A stretch of DNA of 64,000 nucleotides, taken from positions 310,001 through 374,000 of the forward strand of contig OZ287709.1 in NCBI GenBank assembly GCA_965649825.1, written 5' to 3'. The notes below the pieces were generated by a model. It was given only the letters and a program-made list of their open reading frames with translations. It did not search any database and had not been told where the DNA came from. The stretch is from Penicillus capitatus (taxonomy: Eukaryota > Plantae > Chlorophyta). This document shows positions 38,313 to 49,784 of the stretch, piece by piece. The position numbers and the translations under genes were made by a program. Every line of letters starts with the position of its first letter. Positions within the stretch are counted from its first letter, which is position 1.

Positions 38313-39677
38313 ATGGACGAAGTTTACGCGACAGTGGACGCGTTCGCCGTTCGCTTCATCGAAAAGTGCGTTCACATTATATTGAGAGCACGTTTGTCGC
38401 ACCCAGCTGTCGACCACGATCCGGAGATTGACAAATGGGTATGGCGCATTCGACGTGCCGAAGGACTTTTGACTCCATGCATGGTGCAGTTCAATTTTCC
38501 GGTGGGGGAGGTTGCGACGGCGAAGGAATCGCTCAGGCAATGGAGTCGAACACCACACGCGCCTCTGCTTTTGAATGTCCCCGTCCAGATCTTCTCACTC
38601 TTTCTCACTTTTTTATTCTGGCGCAGATTCTTTGCCAGGAAAAGAACACGACTGAGCAAGAGAAAAGTGAGCGTCGTGCTTAAGTGAGAAAAGTGAGAAA
38701 GTGTGAGATATTTTCTAGAGTTGCTCGAAGTGTGGAAACTGCAGTACAACGAGATTCCTTCGCCTGAAATTCGCTCCCCGAGATCCTATCGCGACGATTC
38801 CTGTTCCATCTACAAGAACATGGTATCGCTGCAGCGTTGGTTCAAACGAGAAGCCACCATCACTGTGGATGCCACTAGATTGTGCTCACCAGGGCACTCT
38901 ACTCTTACGTCCGCCTGATGCCAGCACACACCATCCTCACACACAACGACGATGCTGCTGTTGAGCACGCTTTCTATGGCCGTCCAATGGCGAGGCGTTT
39001 GGTTGGCAGGCGAAAGGAGAGGCGCTTATGGATGTTACGTTCGAGATCACATCGGCCTTGTCAGATGATGAGGGCTCTTGGCGGGAGGTGGTTTCGATGG
39101 GAACCACAGGCGGTCGTCTGAGCATCCATGTCTCCATCCAGGACATCCCTGCTGTCACACAACCATCCCACAGGTCTCTTCGCCGTTCTCCTTCTTTATC
39201 CAACGCAAACGACATCAGGACATCGGCTACTGGAATGGACGCGGCAGAGGATTGGGTGCATTTCGTTCCTAATCACAGAGACGGTGCCACGCGATTTCGG
39301 AACCCCGTGACGGAGCATTTGAAGACGTCTTATGAAAGTATGAAGGCGGCTGTAGTGACCTTTGCTGCGAATCGTGTTCTCAAAAAAGCGTCATCCTTTC
39401 CGCGCAGTCGTCAGACGACACAAACAGACCTGCCGCCCACAGGTGCGCCCCCATTCTGTACGTCAAGGAAACGGCAGATGGTATGGACTGCTGTACAGAG
39501 GAGGCCCGGATTTATGAGTTCCTGCATTTGCTAAAGAGTCAGTCTTCTGATCTGTGTATAGAAGATGACGTCGATGTGGATGTGACATCGAAGCAAAGAC
39601 ACCTATCCCATGAGCTGCAGAGCTTTGACGACATCTGTGCCGCAAACTATGGAGACCCTGCATCGCACGACAACTGA
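38313..39677 (+). CDS. ATG13: Autophagy protein ATG13 (HORMA domain plus disordered tail)
   Basis: FIEKCVHIILRAR, DKW|FNF, LLEVWKLQY, IYKNM|IVLTRALYSYVRLMPAH and GGRLSIHV. Confidence 0.8.
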
Positions 39678-40040
39678 CACTGCTGCCATCCTCGAAGAGA
39701 AGACACGTGCGCATCGCAAAACATCGCCACAAAAAAAGAGATTCAGACGTGACTGAAATCTATCCATGACGCCATTGCAATGCCTTAACAGACTGTTCGC
39801 GTGACCCATCCGTTTTAACAGCAGTGATCCGAATGGTTGACCTGTTCGAGTGGGTCGGGTTGTGCAGATGAATGAACAGGATGTCCAAAATTCGGTATGT
39901 TGTTTGTTGGATGTCTGTTTTGGATGGTGGGTAAATGTCTGACGAATGCAGCACGGTCGCCTCCTCGAACATTCACTCTGATCGAGAAGACACACGTGGC
40001 GGCCATCGCGCGAAGGGTAACTTTCTACGGGCCATCTTTT

Positions 40041-40373
40041 ATTTTCGACCGATGCAGAGGATGTGACTGTTGCCTCGAGACCGTGCTGCGCTACGGCGTT
40101 AGACATGGCGAGCAGAAGCTGCGCCACCGAGATCAGTCACATCACGAAATGTCTTCGTTGACTTGACCGTTTCTGGAGAGAATATTTCGGAACAATGGAC
40201 ATGGCGGACGAAAGTCGTCACCGATGACCATCCTTACATACCGTTGCATCATGCCGGTATCCCATGATGTGACTTGACTTGGCTGACGCATCCTCTGGTG
40301 GCGCTGATGTGACTGCTCGTCGCTTATCATCGTTGTTCAGGCAGCAGTCACATCCTCGACACCGCTCAAGAAT
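40041..40373. repeat. Imperfect 35-bp inverted repeat (28/35; core 18/19) enclosing a cluster of the TGATGTGAC motif
   Basis: Left arm 40041-40075 versus the reverse complement of 40339-40373. Core is gaggatgtgactg(t/c)tgcct. Confidence 0.75.
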
Positions 40374-40818
40374 CAACGCTGTCCGGACAGAATTCCTGAA
40401 AAGCGACTCTGCACTGCACAGACGCTTCATCTTAGATACAGGTTCTGACGGCCGTCACCACACGTCCTGTTTTCGAAATAAAACAGTTCAGCCTGACATG
40501 TGTCCCGAAGAGGACTGCCAAAAACGTTTTGAGTAAGCACGATAGGAATCTGAACCTCAATTACAAATAAATGTCGCGTTTACGATCCGTCTGTTGATTC
40601 CATCAGACGTACCCACATCTGTCCCATCCCCATGCCTGATCAAAACGGAATACTCTTCTGGCGAACTCCAAAGCGAGAAAAACAACATTGCCAGTAGACA
40701 ACACTTCAGCTGCGGCAGAAATACGTTCGAACAGATATCGACAAGCGTTCTTCTCCTGTTCTCTGCGAGACCAACAGGTCATCGAGTACCTATCTCATCC
40801 TTCTCTTCTCACACTTTT

Positions 40819-43326
40819 TCACTCTTGTGCAAGAACATCATTCTTTTCGTAAAACCTGACCAAACGTCTGTAGACATCGGGACGCAGTCGCACGCCCATC
40901 GCTTTCATCTTCTCAAGGTACACCGTCATGTTGTTCAAATCGCCTGTCGTGGTACAGGCATTGATGAGAGAAGCAAAGACAGCTCTACTGCGAGGCATTC
41001 TTTCCCGATTCATGAAACTCCACAGTCGATCGATCGACGATGCAATGAGCTCTTTCGAGATGTGCGTTGGCCGCGAGAGTTCGTCAATAAACGTCGTGTA
41101 GGTAATGGGTGTGGGCCACACTTCATTCTCTTTCATCTCGTCCAGCATCGCAAACGCCTCCTCTACGTTTCTGGCACGTATGAGGATAAGGATGACGACA
41201 TTGTACACGGCAGGGGTCATCGGAACGGCATCCCTCTGCATCTCGCGCAGCAGCTTTCGGGTTTGCTGTACACATTCTTCTCTGTTCGTCTCCCTTATCA
41301 GATTTGCGTAAAGAAGGAGGAGCATGTGGTATGTATGGAAGCTCGGTGGCACGCCTTTCGCCTTCATCTCCTCCAGCACCTCAACTGCTTTCTCCACCAT
41401 TTTCGCACGGTTGCAGATCTTAATGATCGCATTGTACACGACGCCGTTGGCAGGAATGCCGGTTTTCTCCATCTCATCAAGCATCTCTCTGGCGAGCTGC
41501 AAACGCTCTGCGCCATTCTGCTTACATGTCGTCTCGGCATAGAGTTCCATCATCAGCGAATAGGAGCAGACGTCAGGAACGATGCCGTTCTCCTTCATCT
41601 CATCAAACAGTTTGTTTGCCTCCTCTGTCATCCTCGCCCGTACACAGAGCTTCATCGGAAAGCCGTACAGCCAGCTGGACATCGGCAAACCTTTGCTTCG
41701 CATCTCGGCAAGAATTTCCTTGCATTTTGCCAGATGCTCTTCGCTGTTTTCGAAATCGGCGGTTTCGGAGTAGAGACAGAGAAGCGAGTTGTAGACGTGA
41801 ACGGACGATTCTTCTCCGTTCGCCTTGATCTCATCCAACACTCTAAATGCCTCGTCTTTCATTTTGGCCCGGGCGCAGAGCTTGAAGAGGGAGCTGCGTG
41901 TGGACGTCTTGTCCGATATGCCCTCCATCTCCATTTCGCTGATCAATCTCTTGCACAGCCTTAGGTATTTTTCACCGTTTGCCGGTTTCGCCATTTCCGC
42001 ATAGTACTCGATCAGCAGGTTGTACAGTTTGGTATCGAACTCCACTTCATCCAGCTTCATATCTTTCAGAACGGCAGATATGTTCACGACCTTCCCATCG
42101 ATGCACGTCCTCATGAGGGGCTTGTATGTTCGGAACGATGGCTGAATGTTTGCTCTCCGCATCTCGTCCAGCAGCGCTGTGGATTTCCTCAAACGTTCTT
42201 CGCCGTTGTCAGGGTTTGTGTCTTTTGCATACAGCGAAATGATCATGTTGTATGTATGTGTCGTCGGCGGCACGCCTTTCGCCTTCATCTCCTCCAGCAC
42301 CTCAACCGCCTTCTCCGCCATTTTCGCACGGTTACAGACCTTGACGATCGCGTTGTATACCATGCTGCAGGCAGGAACACCTGTTGTCTCCATCTCACGC
42401 ATCAGCTCGTCGCACACCTCCAGATACTCGGCGCCGTTTTCTTCGCCTACTGTTCCGGCGTAGCTTTCCATCAGCATCGTGTAGGCATGAACACTCGCCT
42501 TCACTCCATTTCTCTTCATCTCATCAAAGACATTGCGCGCCTCCTGTGTCATCCCTGCTCGTACACAGAGTTTGATGAGGGTGTTGTATGTCCAGCTGCT
42601 CGGTTGAAATCCATTCTGTCGCATTTGAGTCAAGAGTTTTTTGCTCTCCTTCAGATACCGTGCTCCATTGTGTTTATCGGCGGCGGAAGCATAGACCGCA
42701 ACGAGGGTGCTATACACGGTCGCGGTTTTTTCAATTCCCCGTTCGATCATCCCTTCCACGATTTGCTTCGTCTTCTCCACGTCGCCCGATTTCAGACACA
42801 CTTTCAGTAGAGCGTAATACACGTGCATATCTGGCTTGATGTTGTAGGTCTCTTCCATTTCTGAAAGCAATCGTTCGGCTCGACGCAGGTTCGCTGTCAT
42901 GTGGCAGGTCTCGATCAGTATCATAAAAATGTATCTGTTTGGCATCACTCTTGCACGCTTCATCTCGTTGTACAACTCAAAAACCCTGGAGAAACGTTTT
43001 CGCGTCTTGCTGAATCCGTGCATCAAAGTGGCGAATGTCGACACATCTGGCTGGTATCCATCGCTCTTGAGCTTCTCGAATACAAACTCTGCCTTGCGGA
43101 TTTCTCTCTTTTTCACCAAGTGCACCAAGAGCTTGTTGAATTTCTGCCGCTTCATCATCGATTTGACGGGTTTCTGATCTTTGACTGGATAACAAGGGCG
43201 CATCTGATCGCCTTTCTTAGGCTCAGGGCGAAAATCGTAGAACAAGAAAACGTCGCTTTCGGGTGGCGTTGCTGGCGGCGTCGGCGGCGTCAATCGAAGT
43301 CCCCTCGGTCTCGAAGGCCTGGCCAC
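40819..43326 (-). CDS. Intronless PPR protein (835 aa) with alternating 42-aa and 35-aa motifs
   Basis: About 20 PPR-like motifs (e.g. TYNTLIKLCVRAG, VYNAIVKVCNRAK). Internal DNA duplication with a 921-bp period. Confidence 0.95.
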   Translation of the reverse strand: MARPSRPRGLRLTPPTPPATPPESDVFLFYDFRPEPKKGDQMRPCYPVKDQKPVKSMMKRQKFNKLLVHLVKKREIRKAEFVFEKLKSDGYQPDVSTFATLMHGFSKTRKRFSRVFELYNEMKRARVMPNRYIFMILIETCHMTANLRRAERLLSEMEETYNIKPDMHVYYALLKVCLKSGDVEKTKQIVEGMIERGIEKTATVYSTLVAVYASAADKHNGARYLKESKKLLTQMRQNGFQPSSWTYNTLIKLCVRAGMTQEARNVFDEMKRNGVKASVHAYTMLMESYAGTVGEENGAEYLEVCDELMREMETTGVPACSMVYNAIVKVCNRAKMAEKAVEVLEEMKAKGVPPTTHTYNMIISLYAKDTNPDNGEERLRKSTALLDEMRRANIQPSFRTYKPLMRTCIDGKVVNISAVLKDMKLDEVEFDTKLYNLLIEYYAEMAKPANGEKYLRLCKRLISEMEMEGISDKTSTRSSLFKLCARAKMKDEAFRVLDEIKANGEESSVHVYNSLLCLYSETADFENSEEHLAKCKEILAEMRSKGLPMSSWLYGFPMKLCVRARMTEEANKLFDEMKENGIVPDVCSYSLMMELYAETTCKQNGAERLQLAREMLDEMEKTGIPANGVVYNAIIKICNRAKMVEKAVEVLEEMKAKGVPPSFHTYHMLLLLYANLIRETNREECVQQTRKLLREMQRDAVPMTPAVYNVVILILIRARNVEEAFAMLDEMKENEVWPTPITYTTFIDELSRPTHISKELIASSIDRLWSFMNRERMPRSRAVFASLINACTTTGDLNNMTVYLEKMKAMGVRLRPDVYRRLVRFYEKNDVLAQE

Positions 43327-43688
43327 CGTGCTCCTGTCGATTGTCCCCTAGCGTGATCACCACACCCACAAGTGATGTGACGTTTCACTTTCTCCCTCAT
43401 GCCTCACTTCGTCTTCATGAGCTTCTATACGGGTCATCCGACGCCTCGACTGCCACGTGACTCGGTTCGACCCACACTTCGAATCATCCACCTCCATTAG
43501 TCCCTGTCGCCTCACGATCTCCTCGAGAAAGCGCGACCAGTCGTGTCCTTACCACGAAAAGCTTACTGTTCGGCAGCGCAGCTCTCTGTGTACAAGGCAG
43601 ACTTATTCGAGGGACGAGTTTTGCCGTGGACATCTCGAAAGATCCCGTCCAAGCCGACGGCGACTATGTTGAACGCAGCGAAGATACG

Positions 43689-44885
43689 ATGCGCTGGGCG
43701 AGATGGCCACGAGACGGGATGACGCTCAGATGGCCCGTCGATCTTGCAACGATTTGCCAACGACGGATAATCAAAACGGTCGGAGACAAACCGAGATGCA
43801 TTTGCCAAGATGCGATTCCAATCATGACGCGGATCACGTTGTCGACGATACCTTCGCCACAAATCCCCGCCGCGACACGCCATCGATCGGAGAAAGGAGC
43901 CGTTCAGGGGAGAAAGGAGACGTCGTGTTCTGCACCCGCTACCGAGAACACCCAAGTGCGACGAAGGGATCTGTTGGCAACGGCGGCGCGTGCTTTGCTC
44001 GTCGTGCCTTTTTTGGAGACGCGTTTTTCGGCAGCCTGGGCTGGTCTTCCTGAACAAGTCGGTGATTACCTACCGGCTGCCTCACTTCCGGAGTTCTCTC
44101 TCTTTATCCCCGACGCCAGAAAAACACCAGTACCTATTCTGCGTGGATGCTTTGCCGTCTGCATGTCATCTAGGCACTTCGTGCAGGGACAGTAGATCCG
44201 CAACAGCCCTATCGTTTTGAGCTGCCCGTTACTTTCCGAGAAAGCAAGGTCGCGAATATTCTCAGCGGAAATTACTGCCAGGTTCCGCCCTCCAATGCAC
44301 CTGTGTCTTTCTGTATCCTATCGTTTTTCTAGCCCAGATGTGATGAGCCATGGACAGAAGTGATATTCGAGGATCCAGATTTGGGTCGTATCGCTTTGCT
44401 GGCGTCTCCCTTGAAGAAACTGACAAGCAAAGCGAATGCGAGGATTGAAGACATCGGTCCGCCAGAAGGCATCATTGAATCCATCGGATCCTACGTCACC
44501 GGTCGGCACCTGTCATTCAGTATGTCTGCTATCTCACAAACGGTTTATCTCAGGGACGTTTCTGGATGAAGAGAGTGTGCTGTCCATGGAACAGCGTCAA
44601 CAAGACGACGGCCGTTCGGTCCTGTCACATCATTTTGATCCACAGCCGTCATGCCTTGTGTTTTAGTATTACTACTATGAAGTGGATTCGCCTTATGGAC
44701 TACAGGGGCGGCACTCCTTTACAGCATGCACCACCAAAGTGCCGATCACTAATTATTAAGTGAAACACATGTGTGTGCGGTTTTAGGGTGAAGTTGCTCT
44801 GTTACTGGTGGCGAGTGCCAATGAGAAGCAATGGAGTCGATCGAAAGAGCGACTGAAGCATGTCATGGAATCTTTCAGAGCGTAA
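43689..44885 (+). CDS. PPD4: Thylakoid-lumen PsbP-domain protein, PPD4-like
   Basis: Twin-arginine RRDLL signal. KTPALRAG, KVANILSGNYCQPRCDEPWTEV, IGSYVTG and VASANEKQW. Confidence 0.85.
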
Positions 44886-45941
44886 AGTGTCCTCGCCATG
44901 TAGCTGACACTTTTGTTCAACAGATGTTTTGACTCCATACCTTCTCCTACCCAATCATCGCACATATCGTTACAGACGCGCTCCCGATTTCGGAACGGGA
45001 ATGCCTACCGTATGCACAAGCGTGTGCTACATTCATGTCGCTTCAAACAGAATGCCATGCGTTTGCAGTTTAGATACTAAAAACGGCGGCCGTTCCGGTG
45101 ATGAGATCTTCGCCTCTCTCTTTTTAGGCGCTCTGAGATCGACACGCGTTCACTTCTGTTGACAAGATGCTTTTCTTCGCGATCAAGATCGCCACGCATA
45201 CACGAAGGACCCTCATCTGCCGCCTTTTCCTTAACTACTACGAAAAGGTCATCAACTGGACGCTCGTGTTCTTGTTGACGGAGCTGGCTTCCCATCTGTG
45301 GCCGTTTTATCGGATTCCACCGTATGAAATACACACGCCATAATCAGACATGTCTCTGTCGGCACCCTTGCATAGGACGCCGTCGAGATCGGCGTTGTTC
45401 GTTCTCGAGATATCTCCGAAGACGTATTCTTAACAGAATAAAGTATGAATGACACGGACGTCTCGACGCGTCACACTTTTCTAAAGTAAGGATAGCAACA
45501 ATGGCAACACATGTGGGTAATTGTCAAATCGTTCCTTGACTAACAATGCCGCCATTCAGAAAGGTCACTCACTCACTGTTTATATTGTGCCTGCCCATCG
45601 ACATGAGAACACTGAATTTGTTTTTGTCCCGAAGGACGCAAACGGACTTGAATGCAAACTCAAGAAAGACTACACTATGAACAAGTGTCAAAATGCCATG
45701 TCGGTCATGTCTTGTCAGCGTCTCCACAAAACCGCCATCTCATGTAAACACCTGTGGATACGGTCACATTCATGAATCGATGGCAACTGGGGAGATTTGT
45801 ATTGGTTTAAGAAAACAACCGCATGATCTGAATGGCCGATTGGCGAAAAGCTTTCCATGAAATGTCATTCTCTAAAACGGGATATCGCAGAACATATACT
45901 TTATGTCAACATGACCTAGTGTCACGAACACAATGGGGGTA

Positions 45942-48900
45942 TTACGTGAAAGCGCTATCATTCGAAGCACGTCGCTTCTTGCATCCAATATCTGTCTCTT
46001 CTTCACTCGGTTTGCACTTTCGTGTGGTGAATGTCAAGTTCACGCGGAGAGACTCCTGACGCGAATCTGGATGCATAAACTCGACAACAGATTCTCTGCC
46101 GATCCCAACGCCCTTCGTCGCGTTCACATTCACGACGCCCTTGTTCGCTCGATACGATTGCTTCCCAAGAATGTCCGTCGATACAGCAAGCACGGTGAGA
46201 TCTGCACAACAGACACGTATCACGATAGCGGCATTCATTGTTCGAGTACGGAACGGGCATCGGGGATGCCACCAGTGATGGTTTGGTCGAAGGCGTCTCG
46301 GACTTCGATCTTGATGCCGTCCTCTCGATCGTCCTTGCAGGTTTCGAGCTTCGAGCATGAAGGCAATAGTCTCTCGCCACCTCGATGTTCAGCGATATGT
46401 CCAGATGGCGGGTCAGTTATCACAAGAGCATAGGCACGACTGGCGATGTCCTGCTCGCGCTTCTCAGTCGACGTCTGCGCATAGGAAAGAACCCTAGATT
46501 GAGGGCATGAGGATGGGAGATGGACGTGCCTGGACGAAGTTTTTCTTGAAACGGAAGCAGTCTCTTAGTGGTGGGCTTCTTTTCGTCGCTTGACTGAGGG
46601 GTATCCAGCGTTTCATTTTTGATCGTTCCTGGCCGCAGCCGACGATCACCATTTCTGGATTGGTTATGAACAGTCCGCCGCCCCAGAAGCGAGCCTCGTT
46701 CCCCACGAACGTCATTTTCATTAGATGAAAGAGACGGCAGGGCTGGACGACAAGGCCAGAAGATATACAGTCGGATTTCTTCTCGTTGCTCCACGTGCCA
46801 GAGATACTGGCGAAGAGGCCACCTGTACCAGACCATCAGAAAATGCTTGTCGAGAACGGGCATCTTACCACCAACCAATGCACGGTTCTGTTTAAACGCC
46901 ACTCCAAAGAAGCGCACATCGGCCATGGCCTTCTCCGGAATATCATCCAGCGCCAAACACATCCCGCCGCCGCCGCCATTGCCGCAAAGGGATGACGAAG
47001 TTGCGTTCGAATTCATCTTCCCGACAGCCAAAAGCGATCGCGAGGCACTCCCGGCATAGAGCACTGCCCAGATCTGCTCAGCATCGACCGCTTGGTTTTG
47101 AGTAAAGCGAGAATGTTTCATCTAACACGCAGGCAGGACAGTTGTGAAGGAAAGGGGCAAAGGGCGTGTTTGAGCATACTTGGAAACTGTTTTCTTTCTG
47201 TCGATTGGCATCGACGAAGACGCCGCCGCCGGACACTGCTGTATTGTTCACAAATTCATTCCACCAGTTTTCTTTGGCCGATGCAAATCGCACTTGAGCT
47301 GCTGCTCTGAAAGCAGCTCCGCCTCCATGTACGGCAGCATTGTCTCGGAAAGAACACTGTTCGATGTCGACGTCGTAAAAAGAGTCCAGGACAAAGAGGC
47401 CGCCGCCGGCTTCCGTTGCTTGATTGTTCGTGAAATAAACGTTCCTCAGTAACAGAATTCCGCATCCGGCGCAGATCAGAGCGCCGCCGTCCTTGGCTGA
47501 ATTCCTGGCGAACAGATTTTGCTCGCCAGGTGCTTCTTCTCCGGCTGCGTCTAATACCGGTGCTGCCGTGAACTGTGCTCCGTTCGTCAACAGCAGAGCT
47601 CCACCAAGATCCACTGCCGAATTCTCTGTCCATGTGGTTCGCAACGCACGAATGTCACCGGTGTTCCGGAAAACGGCGGCTCCTCCAGCTTCACCTGCCC
47701 AGTTGTTCTCAAAGGTGCAGCCATCCAACGCGATCGGATTCTGAAAAAGAGTGACCATGTGGAGGGCGCCGCCACTCGACCGCGCACGATTGTCAGTAAA
47801 GATCGATGTCAAGATATCGAACTTTGCCAGTGTGGTCGCAGAGGAAGCGAAGTAAACGGCCCCTCCCAGATGGTCTCCTACATTATCGTACCTACTCTTC
47901 TTAGCAGCCGCCGCCACGTTGTCTCGAAAAAGGCATTGTGCAATGACGACAGAGATACTGTTCTTCAGTCCAATGAGCTCTGTGGCGTCCAGGCTTGCGT
48001 ATATGGCGCCGCCGCTTGTGGCACGGTTGGATTTAAACTCGGAATGGGTCACCGTAAGATTCCCAGCCGATATCGCTGCAATAGCGCCGCCTCCGTTTGC
48101 AGGAGATTGAAAGACAAAGTAACGGCTGCGTTCAATCAGGAGGCCGCTTTCCTGGTAGATCAATCTCTGGAATCCCTCTTCCACCACTGTGTTCTTGACA
48201 AACCGGCAATTCGAGACATTCAGCTCCGTTCTCGCACCAGCAACGTAGATCGCGCCGCCATTTGAAAGGGCACGATTGTCTGTGAAGTTCGTTCCCATGA
48301 CTGTCAGTGCACACTGCTCGCCAAAGATAGCGCCACCCATGGGCGATGCGTTCTCTCTGAACACGCTGTCTCTGATCGTCACATCGACGTCAGCCGCATC
48401 ACACTCTTTGTCAAAACACCCTCCAACATAGAGAGCTCCACCCGGCGTGTAGCTGTCTTTGTTTGTATTGTCCTCGAAAATCACGTCCTCGAAGACAATG
48501 CCTGCAACGAGGGAATCGCTGCGGCCATGGTTAACGACGACAGCTGGATAGCCACGGCATCCCTTCAGTGTCATGGACGATACTGTGATGTTTCGTGCCC
48601 TGGAGGAAACGACATCGAGAAGGACAAGGCGCTGTAGTCGTCGAACTTGATCGTGAGAATGGGATCATCCTCTGGACAGCTGAGGATTGTTTTGGCCGAT
48701 GTACCAACGAGATGTATGTTAGGTGTGTCCATCAACAGGCTCTTGGACAGCTTGAACGTGCCATCGGCCAGAATGACAGTGTTTCCCGTTTTCACATTGC
48801 CCAGTGCCGTCTCCAATTCTTTGACGGTGGACAGACGGTTCTCGCTGCTTCGCCGGAGAGAAATACGTCGATCTACAATCAGAGATGCGTTTGGACAGAC

Positions 48901-49105
48901 CGGTGAAGTTTCATGCGTTTGCGCGAACAGATAGTGTGCGATAGCGCGAATACCGGTGAATCGTTTTAGCAATGTCCGTCAAATAGCCGTACGCGTGATA
49001 CGCACTTGCGGGGGGCGGTACAAGACTCGCTCTTTCGTCGCCGAAGATGAGGCGCCATTCACTCAGCAGTACGACGACAAAGACAAACAGATGACGGAAA
49101 CGCAT
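45942..49105 (-). CDS. Large secreted right-handed beta-helix protein with Pmp-like GGA(I/L)/FxxN repeats
   Basis: Signal peptide MRFRHLFVFVVVLLSEW and more than ten GGAI/GGAL plus FxxN.A repeats. C-terminal IEVRDAFDQ. The 3' end is uncertain. Confidence 0.85.
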
Positions 49106-49784
49106 GCTTAACAATTTTCAGGGATTCGAAAAGGAACGGAACAGGTCTGATGACGCTTAGAATGGCATGTGCCCAATGGGCGACGCTTAAATCCACCGCG
49201 GGGAGTTGATGTACTGAATCCAGCACAGGCTCTTGGCTGCTTCTGAAACACGTGTCAGTTTTTGGAAACCCGTGGCGGCGTTGGTGCCAATGACGCCAAA
49301 GACGTTCTATCAATGTCCATAGACAGCAGAGCATAACCGTCTCCCTTTGTCCCACGCGTCTTTCCCCGAGATTCTGCTTTTACAAGCAACGAACAACGAC
49401 ATCCCGCGCAAAGAAATATGACCATCTGTGAGACATCTATAGAAAAAGTATGGTCCGTACGACAGCGTCCAATAATGTGGTGTTTCTCTCGTAAAATGAA
49501 CGCGGCCTGCACACGGATGAAATTCTCGACGAAACGTTTTTCCACTTCGCTGACAGAGAGCGTTTTCGAACGAGAGACCGAAGAGCCCACTAGCGTCTCC
49601 GTTCACTATGGATCACCGATCATCGTTTTCGGCAGGATGGTCTGTTCCGGTTGCTTATCTTTTCGGACACCTCGGTCCGCGGAGAGCGAGGGATGTCTGG
49701 ATTGTACGACATTTTCGCAGGCTATCAGTTAAATTGCGCCTTTTAACATCTCTAGCCTCACTTAACCGTAGTCGACCTTCATTC

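Noticed and set aside
14200-39677. Functional link between two HORMA-domain loci
   Set aside because: ATG13 and HOP1/ASY1 are unrelated in pathway and about 22 kb apart, and one of the two calls is tentative.
40594-41964. 456-aa plus-strand ORF and other ORFs opposite the PPR gene
   Set aside because: Antisense shadow. Its repeats merely mirror the PPR duplication.
45077-45334. 85-aa ORF
   Set aside because: No motif or splice support. It could be chance.
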